Origin: Octopus vulgaris
Taxonomy: Eukaryota
Assembly: GCA_951406725.2 (NCBI GenBank)
Contig: OX597824.1
Coordinates: forward strand, 83,204,001 to 83,268,000
DNA: 64,000 bases
Direction: 5' to 3'
Shown here: positions 25,985 to 38,879 of the stretch, piece after piece
Layout: every line of letters starts with the position of its first letter
Position numbering within the stretch: the stretch's first letter is position 1
Program-made: the position numbers and the translations under genes
Notes under the pieces: generated by a model
Database searches by the model: none
What the model was told of the DNA's origin: nothing
Seen by the model: only the letters and a program-made list of their open reading frames with translations

Positions 25985-26569
25985 GACATTTTGGCACAGC
26001 CGTTTCGCTGCTGCTAGTTTGGCAATACTGATTCGAGGTTGACTTATTTGACAATGGACCTTTTAATGTGTCTTTCATTCTCTCTCTCTCTCCATCCCTC
26101 TCCTTGATTCTCTCTGTGTGAGCTGGCTAAGGCGGTGAGCTGGCAGAATCGTTAGCATGCCGAGCAAAGTGCTTAACGGTATTTCGTCTGTCGTTACGTT
26201 CTGAGTTCAAATTCCACCGAGGTCGACTTTGCCTTTCATCCTTTCGGGGTCGATAAATAAAGTACCAGTTTCGCACTGGGGTCGATGCAATCGACTTAAT
26301 CTCTTTGTCTGTCCTTGTTTGTCCCCTCTATGTTTAGCCCCTTGTGGGCAATAAAGAAATATATATATCTGTTTATGTGTTTGAGGAAAGGGAATGCATT
26401 TATGTTAATTTGCTCAATTAGTAAAATATAATGCTTCCCCCACTTTCTCTCTCTCATTCTATTTGTATGTGTATATTTCTAAACATGTACATGAGAGAGT
26501 TTGCCCCCAAAGCAAAAAGGTCCCTCACCAAAAACAGGTAGAATGTCCAGTCAGCTGTGCCAAATTGTC
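25985..26569. mobile_element. Non-autonomous TIR element hosting a SINE C (26129-26361, plus)
   Basis: gacattttggcacagc / gctgtgccaaattgtc inverted termini; homologous to 7205-7734. Confidence 0.72.
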
Positions 26570-26844
26570 TGCATTTAAACAAGCTGTAGTCACGAAAACC
26601 CTAAACACAATTTTTGGCTCCACTCATCTTTCTTTTACTAAACTATTAAAAAAAAGAAATGGTCCTGTCATTAGTCTGATGCAATTTAGGAGAATAATGA
26701 TGATGATGGAGATGTTTAGCCCCAGGTTAGCCTTGATCCAGAAGTCCTATCATCACATACATTTCAACTACAAACCATTTTGCTTTGTTTTTTCCTATTT
26801 CAGGTACACAACTCATCTACCCATCCATTTTAAGACTGTGGTTT

Positions 26845-27086
26845 GTATAGTTTGAAGAAGATTTGGCTGTTGTTTCCAGCAGGCTGAGTTATGAAGAGGT
26901 TCCCTCATTGCGGGAAGCCCAGTGCAATCTCATTACAAACAGGATCATAGGGAAGGTAAGTAGGGTGTATAGTTTGAGGGAGGTTTAGCTGTTGTTTCCA
27001 GCAAGCTGATTTGTCATGAAACAGTTCCCTCCTTGAGCTAAACCCAGTACAATCTGGTTATAAGCAGGATTATAGTCAAGGTAAGT
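26845..27086. repeat. Old ~120-bp direct tandem duplication
   Basis: tgtatagtttga...gctgttgtttccagca...gttccctc...cccagt.caatct...aaggtaagt twice. Confidence 0.8.
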
Positions 27087-27511
27087 TGATACTCCCCAAT
27101 AAAACATAACATTCTCAAATGCTAACTCCTAAATATATTACATTCACTACCCTGTCTTAGCATGTTATATTTCTCCTATATCAAAACTGAGACATGCAGA
27201 GGGGGTGAGAGAGGGGGTAGAAGTGAAACCTTAGAGATGGCAGGTGTGGGGGAGCGACCTCCTCAGCTGAATTGTTGAAACAAGGTTAACCTTTGACCGT
27301 TTTTGTCTGGCTGGCAAATTCCAGGAATGTTCAGTTTAAATTAAATTCATAAGTTAAGAAAATGTTCAAGAAGAAAGAGAGAGGAGAAAAAAAAGACAAT
27401 CCATATAGACTAGAACTGTAAATTATATCAATATGGAAGTATGTATACATTAAGTATGCATGTATATTTGCATGTGTGGAGGGTAGGGTATGTATGTACT
27501 CGGGGTTGCAT

Positions 27512-28097
27512 ATACAAAGGGGTGCTGAAAAGTTCCTGGCTTTGGGTAAAAGAAAATATAGGAGGACTAGCAGTGTGGCCCGGCGTTGCTCGGGTTTGTA
27601 AGGGAAATAACTATAAAGCCTTTTTAGAGAGTTATAGCCAAAAAATGGAAAAAAAATGATGGTAAATTTTTTTTTAGTTAAAAAAGGTTGAGTTGCGTCC
27701 CCTAGACAGTCTGTGGTTTGTGTTTCTGATTCTCGACCCCATGTCGAATTTATCGATTTTTTTCAGAACTGGGGGAACTTTTCAAAATTTTCGCTGCGTT
27801 AGTTTTGAATTATGACATTGGGCTATGTGTGTGTCAAGTTTCATCAGAATCGGTTGAAAGCCGTGGTCAGGGTGAGGGTACAAGCTAACAGACACACAGA
27901 AACACACACAGACAAACTGCCGTTTATATATATAGAGAGAAGAGATTAGTTAATTATGATATAATTCAATGTATTCCCCTCTCAGATTCACACCCTTATT
28001 GCAGTGGTCCTTCAGCTATTCTAAACCCTATAAAAGAACTCAGAAGGTTGGGCCTCCAACCAGGCCTTTCATGATACCTTTAAAGCCAGGAACTTGT
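27512..28097. mobile_element. Mariner-like non-autonomous element hosting a Helitron
   Basis: Inverted ends gaaaagttcctggcttt (~27526) and aaagccaggaacttgtc (~28082). Confidence 0.6.
27567..27945 (-). mobile_element. Non-autonomous Helitron
   Basis: On the minus strand: A|TC...TATATATAAA start, 3' hairpin CCCGAGCAACGCCGGG, terminal CTAG|T, no TSD. Confidence 0.82.
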
Positions 28098-28200
28098 CAT
28101 CTGTTTTACTTGTTTCATTCATTGGACAGCAGCTATGTTGGGGCACCACCTTGAAGGGCGTTTTAGCCAAACAAATCAACTCCAGTATATATATATATAT

Positions 28201-28495
28201 ATCATCATCATCATTTAGCATCCGCTTTCCATGCTAGCATGGGTTGGACGGTTCAACTGGGGTCTGAGAAGCCAGAAGGCTGCACCAGGCCCAGTCTGAT
28301 CTGGCAATGTTTCTATGGCTGGATGCCCTTCCTAACGCCAACCACTTGGTGAGTATAGTGGGTGCTTTTACATGCCAGACAAGGCTGGCAAACGGCCACG
28401 ATCAGATGGTGCCTTTTACGTGCCACTGGCACGGGGGCCAAGTGAGGCTGGCAATGGGCCACGATCGGATGGTGCTTTTTACGTGCCACCGGGCT
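28201..28495 (-). mobile_element. Retroposon family D
   Basis: (CAT)n tail on the plus strand, three modules. Confidence 0.87.
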
Positions 28496-28568
28496 GTGGA
28501 GTTAGAGTCATGGAGTTAGTAAAACAAGAGTCAGAGAAACAGACTCTGATTCCAACTCACAATATTCT

Positions 28569-28885
28569 TTAACTCTTTCGTGTATTTCTGTTGAGATGTT
28601 CAGTGTTTCTCTCAATTATTTTAGATATAACAAAGGATTTTGTAAAATAACTTAGTCATCATTAAGCTAGTGTTTGGAACATAAATTGTGACTAAGGCTT
28701 AGTGAAATATTTTAATTCAAAACTTATGAAAGCAGGACATATTACCACAGAGCCAGAGCCGGTTTTGGCCGGGTTAGTAACAAAAGGGTTAAGCTAGTAG
28801 TAGGTACATTAATTGTGACTAAGGTTTGGTGGAAGATTTTAATTCAAAACTTCTGAAAACAAAACATTTGTACTCAGAGCCTGAG
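28569..28885. mobile_element. TTAA MITE (second family) plus partial tandem copy
   Basis: Homologous to 46980-47209; ends gtaacaaaagggttaa; its internal ~90 bp is repeated at 28792-28885. Confidence 0.75.
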
Positions 28886-29042
28886 TCTATACTAACAGGT
28901 ACCTACCCAAGGTGCCACAGTGGGAATGAACCCAGAGTCATGTGGTTCAGAAGCAAGCTTCTTACCACACAATCATGCAGGTATTTATTTATATGTGTGT
29001 GTGTATGCATATACATACATACATACACACACACATACATAC

Positions 29043-29421
29043 ACTCTTTTACTCTTTTATTTGCTTCACTTATTTGACTGTGGCCATGCTGGAGCACTGC
29101 CTTTAGTCAAACAAATCGACCCCCAAGACATATTCTTTGTAAGCCTAGTACTTATTCTATCAGTCACTTTTTGCCGAAAAGCTAAGTTATGGGGACGTAA
29201 ACACACCAGCAATGGTTGTCAAGTGATGATGGTGGGGGGAGGACAAACATAGGCACACAAACATTTACATACATATATAAACAAAATAAGCAACAGAATT
29301 TTGATTTCGATTTTATTCACCTTACTTTGAGTTGTACGGATAATACCACACAGATTTGGTGCTTCAACTTAAGTACCTAGTTCAACTGAATCTCAATTAT
29401 TTCCTTACATACATATATATA

Positions 29422-29481
<60 letters not shown>

Positions 29482-29797
29482 CACATATATATATATATAC
29501 ATACAGATATATATATATATACATACAGATATATATATATATACATACAGATATATATATATATACATACAGATATATATATATATATATATATACATAC
29601 AGATATATATATATATATAAAGATATATATACACGACAGTCTTCTTTAAGTTTCTGCCTACCAAATCCACTCACAAGGCTTTGGTCGGCCTGAGGCTATA
29701 GTAGAAGACACTTGCCCAAGGTGCCATGCAGTGGGACTGAACCCAGACCCACATGGTTGGTAAGCAAGTTACTTAGCACACAGCTGCTCCTGCGCAA
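29043..29797 (-). mobile_element. SINE family B with expanded internal microsatellite and a ~130-bp insert
   Basis: Tail at 29043, head at 29797; (TA)n-CATACAG units at 29420-29635. Confidence 0.85.
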
Positions 29798-30136
29798 TAT
29801 GCATGTGTGTAGGAGTGTTTTCCCACGGTCTTGACATTGTTTGCACACTGAGTAAAAACAAGGTCACCGTTCAGGTAAATATTGTTGTTGTTTACAATCT
29901 GTGATGAAAAGACACCCGGCTATTGAACTGCATGTTGTTTGCACACCATGAGAAAACAAGGTCACCATCTATGTGCGAACTGTCATTGTTTACAAACTAA
30001 CATGGAAATATACCTGGCCTTGAAGCTGTTCATTATTCAAAGGGCTAGAAGAAATATGACCTTACCTGGAAACAGGCAACAGGAAAGGCGTCAAAGCCTT
30101 AGAAAATCTGTCACAGTTAGTTTTGTCCAAGATAAA

Positions 30137-30528
30137 TCTTTATATATAAAAGTGAGGTTGTGTGCTGTCTGTCTCCTACGATTTAGATTCCTAACTACTC
30201 CCACATTTTGCGGTGCAGTTTAACCAAAATCTTATAGTCGTGATTCATATCGAGCCCTTCTGGGTATTAGCACACGTCTACGATGAGTCTACGATTTAAA
30301 AAAAAAATTTTACCATCAATTTTTCCCATTTTTAATGCATTTTTGGCATATATAAGGGAAGTAACTCTCTAAAAATTTATTATTAAATCTCAGAACGTAA
30401 AAAGCTACAGTAACACCACCCCCTTTGTGGTTAGCCATATTGAGATGGCTATTATACTTTACATCTCTAAAAATGCTTATATAGTTATTTCCCTTACAAA
30501 CCCGAGCAACGCCGGGCGATACTGCTAG
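30137..30528 (+). mobile_element. Non-autonomous Helitron
   Basis: A|TCTTTATATATAAAA start; ends cccttacaaacccgagcaacgccgggcgatactgCTAG|T. Confidence 0.85.
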
Positions 30529-30565
30529 TGTTAATATAATATAATATATATATATATATAGATAT

Positions 30566-30870
30566 ATCATCATCATCATCGTTTAATGTCCGTTTTCCAT
30601 GCTGGTATAGGTTTGATGGCTTGAATGGGGACTGGCAAGCCACAAGGCTGCACCAGGCTCCAGTCTGATCTGGCATGGTTTCTACAGCTGGGTGCCCTTC
30701 CTAATGCCAACCACTCCAAGAGTGTAGTGGATGCTCTTTATGTGCTACCAGCATGGAATCCAGTCAGGCGGCACTTTTATGTACCATCAGCATTGGTGCC
30801 AGTCAGGCGGCACTGGTATCGGCCACACCTACTATTTCCATTTTGATTTCGATCTTGATTTGATTTTGAT
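30566..30870 (-). mobile_element. Retroposon family D
   Basis: Tail, central motif and degenerate modules. Confidence 0.83.
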
Positions 30871-30872
30871 AT

Positions 30873-30918
<46 letters not shown>

Positions 30919-31076
30919 CAAAGGAATTCCAACTCTTTCTGTTTTTTATGTTTTATTTATATTCTTTATAATATTAATGTAGAATAAAGAATGTATAGTA
31001 TAAATAATATATATATAGTAAAATGAAATGAAGTATTGATTGTTTTATGAAATATTGAAGACACACACATACACAT

Positions 31077-31125
<49 letters not shown>

Positions 31126-31289
31126 GTGAGGAGGCATTGCCTGGTGGTTTAGCGTGCTGTACTCACAATCATGAGATTGTGGTCTCAATCAATTAGATGA
31201 AATATCTTGTATTTAGTTACATCTGTTTATGTACTGATGTCATATCCTACCCTGATTAGCTGTGTTTTTCTCATCTTTCTGAAGTTGAT

Positions 31290-31578
31290 AAAAGCCTTGT
31301 GAGGGGATTTGGTAGACGGAAACTGAAAGAAGCCCGTCATATATATGTATATGTATATGTGTGTGTGTGTATGTTTGTGTGTCTGTGTTTGTTCCCCCCA
31401 ATATCACCTAATAACCGATGCTGGTGTGTTTAAGTCCCCGTAACTTAGCAGTTCGGCAAAAAGAGACCGATAGAATAAGTACAAGGATTACAAAGAATAA
31501 GTCCTGGGGTCGATTTGCTCGACTAAAGGCGGTGCTCCAGCATGACCGCAGTGAAATGACTGAAACAAGTAAAAGAGT
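31290..31578 (+). mobile_element. SINE family B (5'-truncated)
   Basis: Body and tail only. Confidence 0.88.
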
Positions 31579-31656
31579 ATACACACACACACACACACTA
31601 GACTCACATCCTTCCTTCTGCACAAGAGAAGGAGAGTTTCTCTTGAGTTAAGTGCA

Positions 31657-31687
<31 letters not shown>

Positions 31688-32339
31688 TTAACCAGAATTT
31701 TCATTTCGCAGATTGAAGTAAAACTGTTATGCTTGCTGCTGTTAAAACATAGCAAGTGACCAATGAAGTTAGCTGTGGCAAAATAATTACTTTCTGAAGG
31801 ACGTAGTGAAGAGAATAGACTAATTTCATCGTAACAACACATTATTAGCAATAAAATGAAATATATTTTATATTAGGTGATGTTCGCACAAAACATTTAA
31901 AAACCAATTTTGGAGTGTTGTACTAGTTTCACAAGTGACTTGATTGGAGATTGTTTGTTGAAAACGAAGCAATTACATGGTAGAAAAGTCATGATAGCCA
32001 TTTATTAAAATACACACACACACCTATAAATACATATGCATATGATGATGATGATGATGATATATGTACATACACATTTACCCTCATACATTCATACATA
32101 CAAGTGTGCAACAGAGAGACAGACTGACAGAGAGATATACACACATATCCACACATAGAGATAGACAGATTTACAACCAGGAGAAAGAGTAACAAATACA
32201 TGTAACAGTGTTTATCTGTTTGTTCAAAATTGATGATTCTCTTCAATGCTACTCAGGGTTTCTTAATTTGTAAGATCCTCCAAGTAACAAATGAAGAAAA
32301 GTTGTGATAACTTTTTTTCCACCATGAGGTCCAGTTTTT

Positions 32340-32700
32340 GTTGCATTGTCGTGGCTTGTATGCCCTACTGACCCATAGAGCTATGCCAGCAGAACACAAG
32401 ATCCGGGTAGGGCCTCCTCCTCCTCCTTCTTCTTCTTACAGCATTCACACGGGGTGGGTTGAGCTGGCTTCATTCATCCTCAATGCTGCATCTCTCACAA
32501 ACGCCGACCAGGCCTGGCGATTTGACGCTAACGACCACGTGATCGCTAACCACTCCTTATTCCAGCAGTGAATGCTGTAGATATGGGGGCCTAGGTTGGG
32601 TTCAAGCATGGGGGCCTGGTAGGGCCTCCCATGCTGGATAGGTCAAAGTTTAGAGGCCAAGCTTATATGGACCACCTTCCAGATGTTAAAATGGATTTGC
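32340..32700 (+). mobile_element. Probable RTE LINE 5'-UTR remnant
   Basis: ttgtcgtggcttg...gacccatagagctatgcc...ctggtagggcctcccatg...aggtcaaa...gaggcca resembles RTE/Expander 5' UTR motifs as I recall them. Confidence 0.5.
32413..32570 (-). mobile_element. Short RTE (SR2-like) 3' end
   Basis: Minus strand translates CWNKEWLAITWSLASNRQAWSAFVRDAALRMNEASSTHPV* followed by a (GAA/GGA)n tail. Confidence 0.7.
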
Positions 32701-33151
32701 TTAGGGCAAACAGCCCATCCCAGAAAAAAAAGCAAAGGTACAGAAGGTACAAAGGTACAACTCAGTGCAGTAAAATCCAACAGGAAGCAGGGCTGAGGAA
32801 ACAGAGAGAAGCAGAAAAGACAGTCCGGAGTCGAGAACAGGGGAGAAAAGTGAGATTCATACCATCAATGCTCCATTTAAACTAAAGCAGGTCATTACAC
32901 CTGCAGGAAAAAGACATGAGTAGTGATGTGATCCCAGAGAATCAAAGTTCTGGGGCATAGGTATGGTGGTGTTTGGGGGTGGAATGCAAAAAGGGTGATG
33001 AGAAGAAGGGAAGCAATGAGTGGATCACTGTCCACCAAGAAACAGAGGTTATTATTAAAAGACAAAGAGGAGACAACACACTTATGGTTCAGAGGTTGGA
33101 ACATGTCAGATAGTTATTTAATGCCAATCAAAAAAGTGGGCCTTCTCTGGT

Positions 33152-33558
33152 TGCAGGAGTGGCTGTGTGGTAAGTAGCTTGCTTACGAACCACTTGGTTC
33201 CGGGTTCAGTCCCACTGCGTGGCACCTTGGGTAAGTGTCTTCTACTATAGCCTCGGGCCGACCAAAGCCTTGTGAGTGGATTTGGTAGACGGAAACTGAA
33301 AGAAGCCCGTCGTATATATGTATATATATATATATATATGTGTGTATGTGCGTGTTTATGTGTCTGTGTTTGTACCCCCAACATCACTTGACAACCGATG
33401 CTGGTGTGTTTACGTCCCCCATAACTTAGCGGTTCGGCAAAAAGAGACCGATAAAATAAGTACTAGGCTTACAAAGAATAAGTCCTGGGGTCGATTCAAT
33501 CGTCTAAAGGCGGTGCTCCAGCATGGCCACAGTCACATGACTGAAACAAGTAAAAGAA
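33152..33558 (+). mobile_element. SINE family B, full length
   Basis: Near-consensus copy. Confidence 0.93.
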
Positions 33559-34257
33559 TTAAAAAAAAAAAAGAGTTGTTTAAGAATGCTCATCAGAGGT
33601 GGCAGTTTTTTGTTTTGTCTTTTCCATATCTGCCAGCTCTGATGAGCATGTGGTACTACGCAACAATGCTGCTATCTAACATCTAACCAATCTTACCAAC
33701 CAGTTTAAAAGCCAGTGCAAAACTGACTGGTAAGATCAACCACAATGGGATATATAATACTGTTCACTTTGATTAAAACAAACACACACACACACACACA
33801 GACATGTGTGTGTATGTGTGTTGCATTCGTTTCCCCATCACATGACAACTGATGTTGGTTTGTTTATGTCCTTGTAAATTAGTAACTTAGCAAAAGAGAC
33901 TGAGAGGATAAGTAACAGACTTAAAAACTAAGTACATGGGTGGATTTGTTTGACGGAACCCTTCAAGGCAGTACCCCGGTATGGTTGCAGACCAGTGACA
34001 GAAACAAGTAAAAAGATAAAAGATATAAAATCATATTTGAATTTTAGAAGCACCAATTTGAGAAAATGAAGAGAAACAGACCCTAGTACTCAAGCCATGT
34101 GTCTAGAACTTAAAAGAACACTGCATTACCAATTATTCTACAGAACGGCTAACATTCCAAATGCGAGCATCAGATAAAGTCAATTGTTCTTTATGTGCTA
34201 TCATCCTGATGACAGCTTCTGAAGATTCTGAGAACACAGCTTCCACTATTTTCTCTC

Positions 34258-34303
<46 letters not shown>

Positions 34304-34444
34304 ATTAACGAAGAACAATGTTTCTACAATCTCCACTCTCTCCAGTAAAGTGACCTGCAAAACCATTAGGACATATGAGTAGCTTAATGTAATATCATTG
34401 GGCTTTCCAGTTGTACATTTAACCATGCATACCTTCAGAATGTG

Positions 34445-34600
<156 letters not shown>

Positions 34601-35104
34601 AGAGTTTGATTATGCCTGAGCGCAATAACTTTTGTTATTTATCAATTTCCAACTCAATGTTTTGAAATTTCATCAATTAATTTAGCCGTTTCCAACGAAC
34701 CAACGAACAAACCAGCCAACATTCTGATTGTATTAAAAGATGGATCTTATTTAAACATATCCCTTCCTCGTTAATTCGTGGGAATCGCTGCATGTGTTGC
34801 ACTGCACATGCACAGCAGATGAATAATTCAACATGCACATGCAGCAGCTGCATAATTTCACATGCAGCTAAAGTATTTAGTCATTTACTGTCTGTAGAGA
34901 AGATATTTACAAAGCACTTCCATATACTTGTTGTTGCTTAGCTCCATGGCTGGCCCTCAACAAACAAGCATGCCAATGACCAAAGACATTCTTGCAATGA
35001 TCATCCTGTTTTTCTCTTATTTTTCAGACCAAGTATATCTAGAACTGCATTATCCATTGCATATCTTTTATTTTTCTTTCTTTCTTTTAAGAGATATTTC
35101 TAGC

Positions 35105-35655
35105 CTTTATGGAAACCTGTTGAAAGTTAGTGAGAAAATCAGGTAAAGACAGCTGAACAGGTAGCATCCAAATTAGTCTTGTGGAACCCACTTCATCATC
35201 ATCGTTTAACATCCGCTTTCCATGCTAGCATGGGTTGGACGATTTGATTGAGGGCTGGCGAATCAGATGGCTGCACCAGGCTCCAATCTTGATCTGGCAG
35301 AGTTTCTACAGCTGGATGCCCTTCCTAACGCCAACCACTCCGAGAGTGTAGTGGGTGCTTTTACATGCCATCGGCACGGGGGCCAGTCAGGCGGTACTGG
35401 CAACGACCTCGCTCGAGTCTTTTTACACATGCCACCAGCACAGGTGCCAGTAAGGTGTTACTGGTAACGATCACGCTCGAATGGTGCCTTCATGGTGATG
35501 TAAAATGAGGAAAACATTGTCACACCTACATTGACAACTTGATTGCAGACACAGGCCTGGAATGTATCCAGGTCATCAAGGCAGTGAAGATGGACTGAGA
35601 CATGTGGCAGGTGAACTTTGTTGCTGCAGCCTGGGCTGGAACCCAGTCATAATAA
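35105..35655 (+). mobile_element. Decayed RTE LINE 3' end split by a family-D element (35193-35490, minus)
   Basis: LYGNLLKVSEKIR*RQL..VASKLVLWNP | HGDVK*GKHCHTYIDNLIADTGL; same region as the 5794-6278 ORF. Confidence 0.75.
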
Positions 35656-36144
35656 TGGTAATTCTAGCAGATATAGTTTGATACCAGTATCACAACAGGT
35701 GTTGCTGTCAAAATGCTAACAGCCATGACAGTAACCACAAAACATCTTGCCCACTGCTCTGGATTGGTACTTTATTTATCAACCCTGAAATGCTAAAAGG
35801 AAAGATGACCTCAGCAAGATCTGAACTCAGAGTGCAGAGAGTTAGAACAAATACCACAAGTCATTTCATCCAACATTCTAACCATTCCACCACTTCACCA
35901 TTTAATTACCTGAAAGCGATGAAAATGGTAACAATGCATTTCTTAGTTTTATTACTTGAGAAAAATTCAAAATCAAAAATATAAATCAAAGTTTGATCCA
36001 TTCATGGCCATGCTTCTAAACAATTATGACTGTTCATGTGTGTCAATTAATTTGGGAAATAATCAAAAATTTGGAAGGGCTCAGCGAAAAAACCAATTTG
36101 TCCAAGAGTATTCTAGCATTTCAAACTTAACTAAAATATTTTTT

Positions 36145-36525
36145 ATAGGCTTGGCCATGTGGTTAAGAAGCTTGTTTTGCAACCACATGGTTTCAGGTTC
36201 AGTCCCTCTATGCAATACTTTGGGTAAGTGCTTTCAACATAGCTCTGGGTTGACTGATGCCTTGTGAGTGAATTCAGTAGGTGGAAAATGTGTGGAAGCC
36301 TGTTATATGCATATATGTATGTGTGTCTTTGTGTTTGTCTCTCACCAATGCTCGACACTAGGTGTTGGTTTGTTTACATCCCCGTAACTTAGTGGACCAG
36401 CAAATGTGACAGAGAGAATAAGTACCACACTTAAAAATAAGTAAAGGGGCTGATTTGTTTGACTAATCCCTTCAATGCAGTGCCCCAGCATGGCCACAGT
36501 CCAATTACTTAAGCAAGTAGAATAC
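36145..36525 (+). mobile_element. SINE family B, old copy
   Basis: Diverged but collinear. Confidence 0.8.
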
Positions 36526-36949
36526 GAAAAAGAGAGATAAAAATTATATTGGATGCTTTTAATTTAAGGACAAACACTTCAAAACGAATTCTGCATCACC
36601 CGCCCAGGGGTGATTTCAGATGGTTCGGTAACAAAGAGCTAGAGACTGTCACAGGTGAATGATCTCAGCATCACAAAGGTTAAACGGACTTAGAGCAATA
36701 AAACAAATGAATTCACAAAAGTCATTCATTTCAAGTTGACAAAATGCGCAGTAACTTTGAAATCAGCACCAAACACTTAAGAATGGATGGCAATCTCAGA
36801 AAATTAGACAGGTTTCAGCAGGATGCAAGAATTTAATGATTTTCTGGAACAGTCATTCCTTTGAATATCAAAAAGTCTTGGATGTGCTTTTACATAATTG
36901 ATTGGAGAATTGCATTTTTGTCACGGTATTTCTATAATTCATTCTTTTG

Positions 36950-37295
36950 TGGTGGGGACCGGAGGAAGGGATTCTGCCCACGGCCTTCAATGGCCTTCCA
37001 AGACCGGTCAGATCAATATAATTAATGTTCCTTTTGAAACAGTTGCAAGATGACGGCTGCAGAAAATTCCTGTGTGCAAGGTGGGAATCTGAAAATGCTG
37101 ATGTCCCGGGGAGGAAGTTTTAGGATGTAGGGGATTTAATGCAAAGTTTGGGGAAGGGGTTGGGTAAACAATATGGGTGATGAGAAGGGGAAACAAGTGA
37201 GTTCAGAGTGCCCGAATACAGGTTATGCAAGGGCAACCAGCTCTGAGGAGCAGATGCCAGTGAAGTAAGTTAAGGAAAAGAAAAGAGGAGTACAG
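36950..37295 (-). mobile_element. Decayed CR1/Zenon-like LINE 3' end
   Basis: Minus-strand fragments YFTGICSSELVAL..HHPY..FLPGTSA..FKRNINYIDL with frameshifts. Confidence 0.65.
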
Positions 37296-37811
37296 ATTGG
37301 TGCATTTTGTATATGTTTATCACCATCATTTTATGTCTATTTTTTCATGCTGGCATGGGTTAGATAACTTTGTACCCAATCAGTATCTTGCCACAATGGA
37401 AGAGAAAACCACCAATCTTTGTTGTTTGAGTATATCATGTATTTTTGCCAGAATGTTTAGGGCCAGATGCCCTTCCACTCAACATCAACTTGGGGAAGCA
37501 CTGAAAGGTCGTCTGTCATGAGCAAAGAGTTGTATATAAGATTCGCATTATTAGTGAAAAAAAAAAAGAATTCTCAATACTTAGCTTGCAGAGTATATAT
37601 ATATATATATTCTAAGTTCAACAGCTTCACAGTTGGGCCTTTAGAGCAGACCCAAAAGTGCAGCTTCAATAAAAGCACTGCTCAAGGTAGAATCCCACCA
37701 CCTCCACTATGATACTGAAGAATGTGATGTAGTTTGTTATACTTGAGTTTTTTGCTGAGACAAACCATCAGTTTATACATGTGTATAAACACACAAATCA
37801 GTGTGTGTGTA

Positions 37812-37852
<41 letters not shown>

Positions 37853-38449
37853 TTTCATGCAAACAAGTAAACAGGTAAAGGAGGCATTTTTCATTCAAGA
37901 TTAATTAAAGTATAGAACATACACAGACAAATAAAAAGACAGCAATAAAACGAAATATTTAAAGATGCATTCCATTGGCATGGTAATAATAATAATAAAA
38001 AAAAACCAGAAAATAGGTGAGTATCAAAAGTTGTACTTGTTTGGCAAGTAACCTGATCTAGGGTCATTAGTACCAGGACTGAAACATTTACATCATGGAA
38101 GTGTCTAAAAACACAAAAAAACTATTACATCCACTTTTTGTTTATGGGTCTTGGGTTCGTTCCCACTGGGCAGCACCTTGGTCAAATCTCTTTTACTATG
38201 GCCCCAGACTGACCAAATCCTTGTGAGTGAATTTGGTAGACAGAATCTAAAACAAGCCCACTGTATCATCATCATCATCATCATTATTATTATTATTATT
38301 ATCATCTAATGCCAATTTTCCATACTAGCATAAGTTGGAGAGTTTAGTTAGAGATGGCAAGCCTGGAGAGCTGCACCAGGTTTGAATCATCTGTTTTGGC
38401 TTGGTTTCCATGGTTGGATACCATAGAATAATTCCACTGTGTAGGTTAA

Positions 38450-38451
<2 letters not shown>

Positions 38452-38501
<50 letters not shown>

Positions 38502-38825
38502 CGCTCAGTTGAAGTCAACTCTTGGTCACTCATTGGATCAGTGTCCTCCAGTCAATTCTATCCTGGGCCGCTTCTTTCAGATTGGCTATGTCTATTCCGG
38601 TATCACTCTTGATGGTGTCAAGCCAGCGGGTTCTTGGTCGGCCTCTTCCTCTCTTGCCACTGACCATTCCGAGCATGATGTCCTTCTCCAGGGATTTTCT
38701 CCACATAATATGACCGAAATATGCCAATCTATGTTTGGTGATCCTAGCTTCTAGCGACATTTTCGGCCCTTTCTGCTTAAGAACTTCTCCATTGGTGAGC
38801 CTCGCTGTCCATGGAATCCGTAAAA
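38452..38825 (-). mobile_element. 5'-truncated RTE (BovB-like) LINE with (GA)n tail
   Basis: LRIPWTARLTNGEVLKQ..MSLEARITKHRLAYFGHIMWRKSLEKDIMLGMVSGKRGRGRPRTRWLD; degenerate TSD gtaggttaagtt / gtagattaactt. Confidence 0.92.
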
Positions 38826-38879
38826 GTAGATTAACTTAGCATTGACATATTTAACAAGAAACAGAGGTTGGCATTATCT

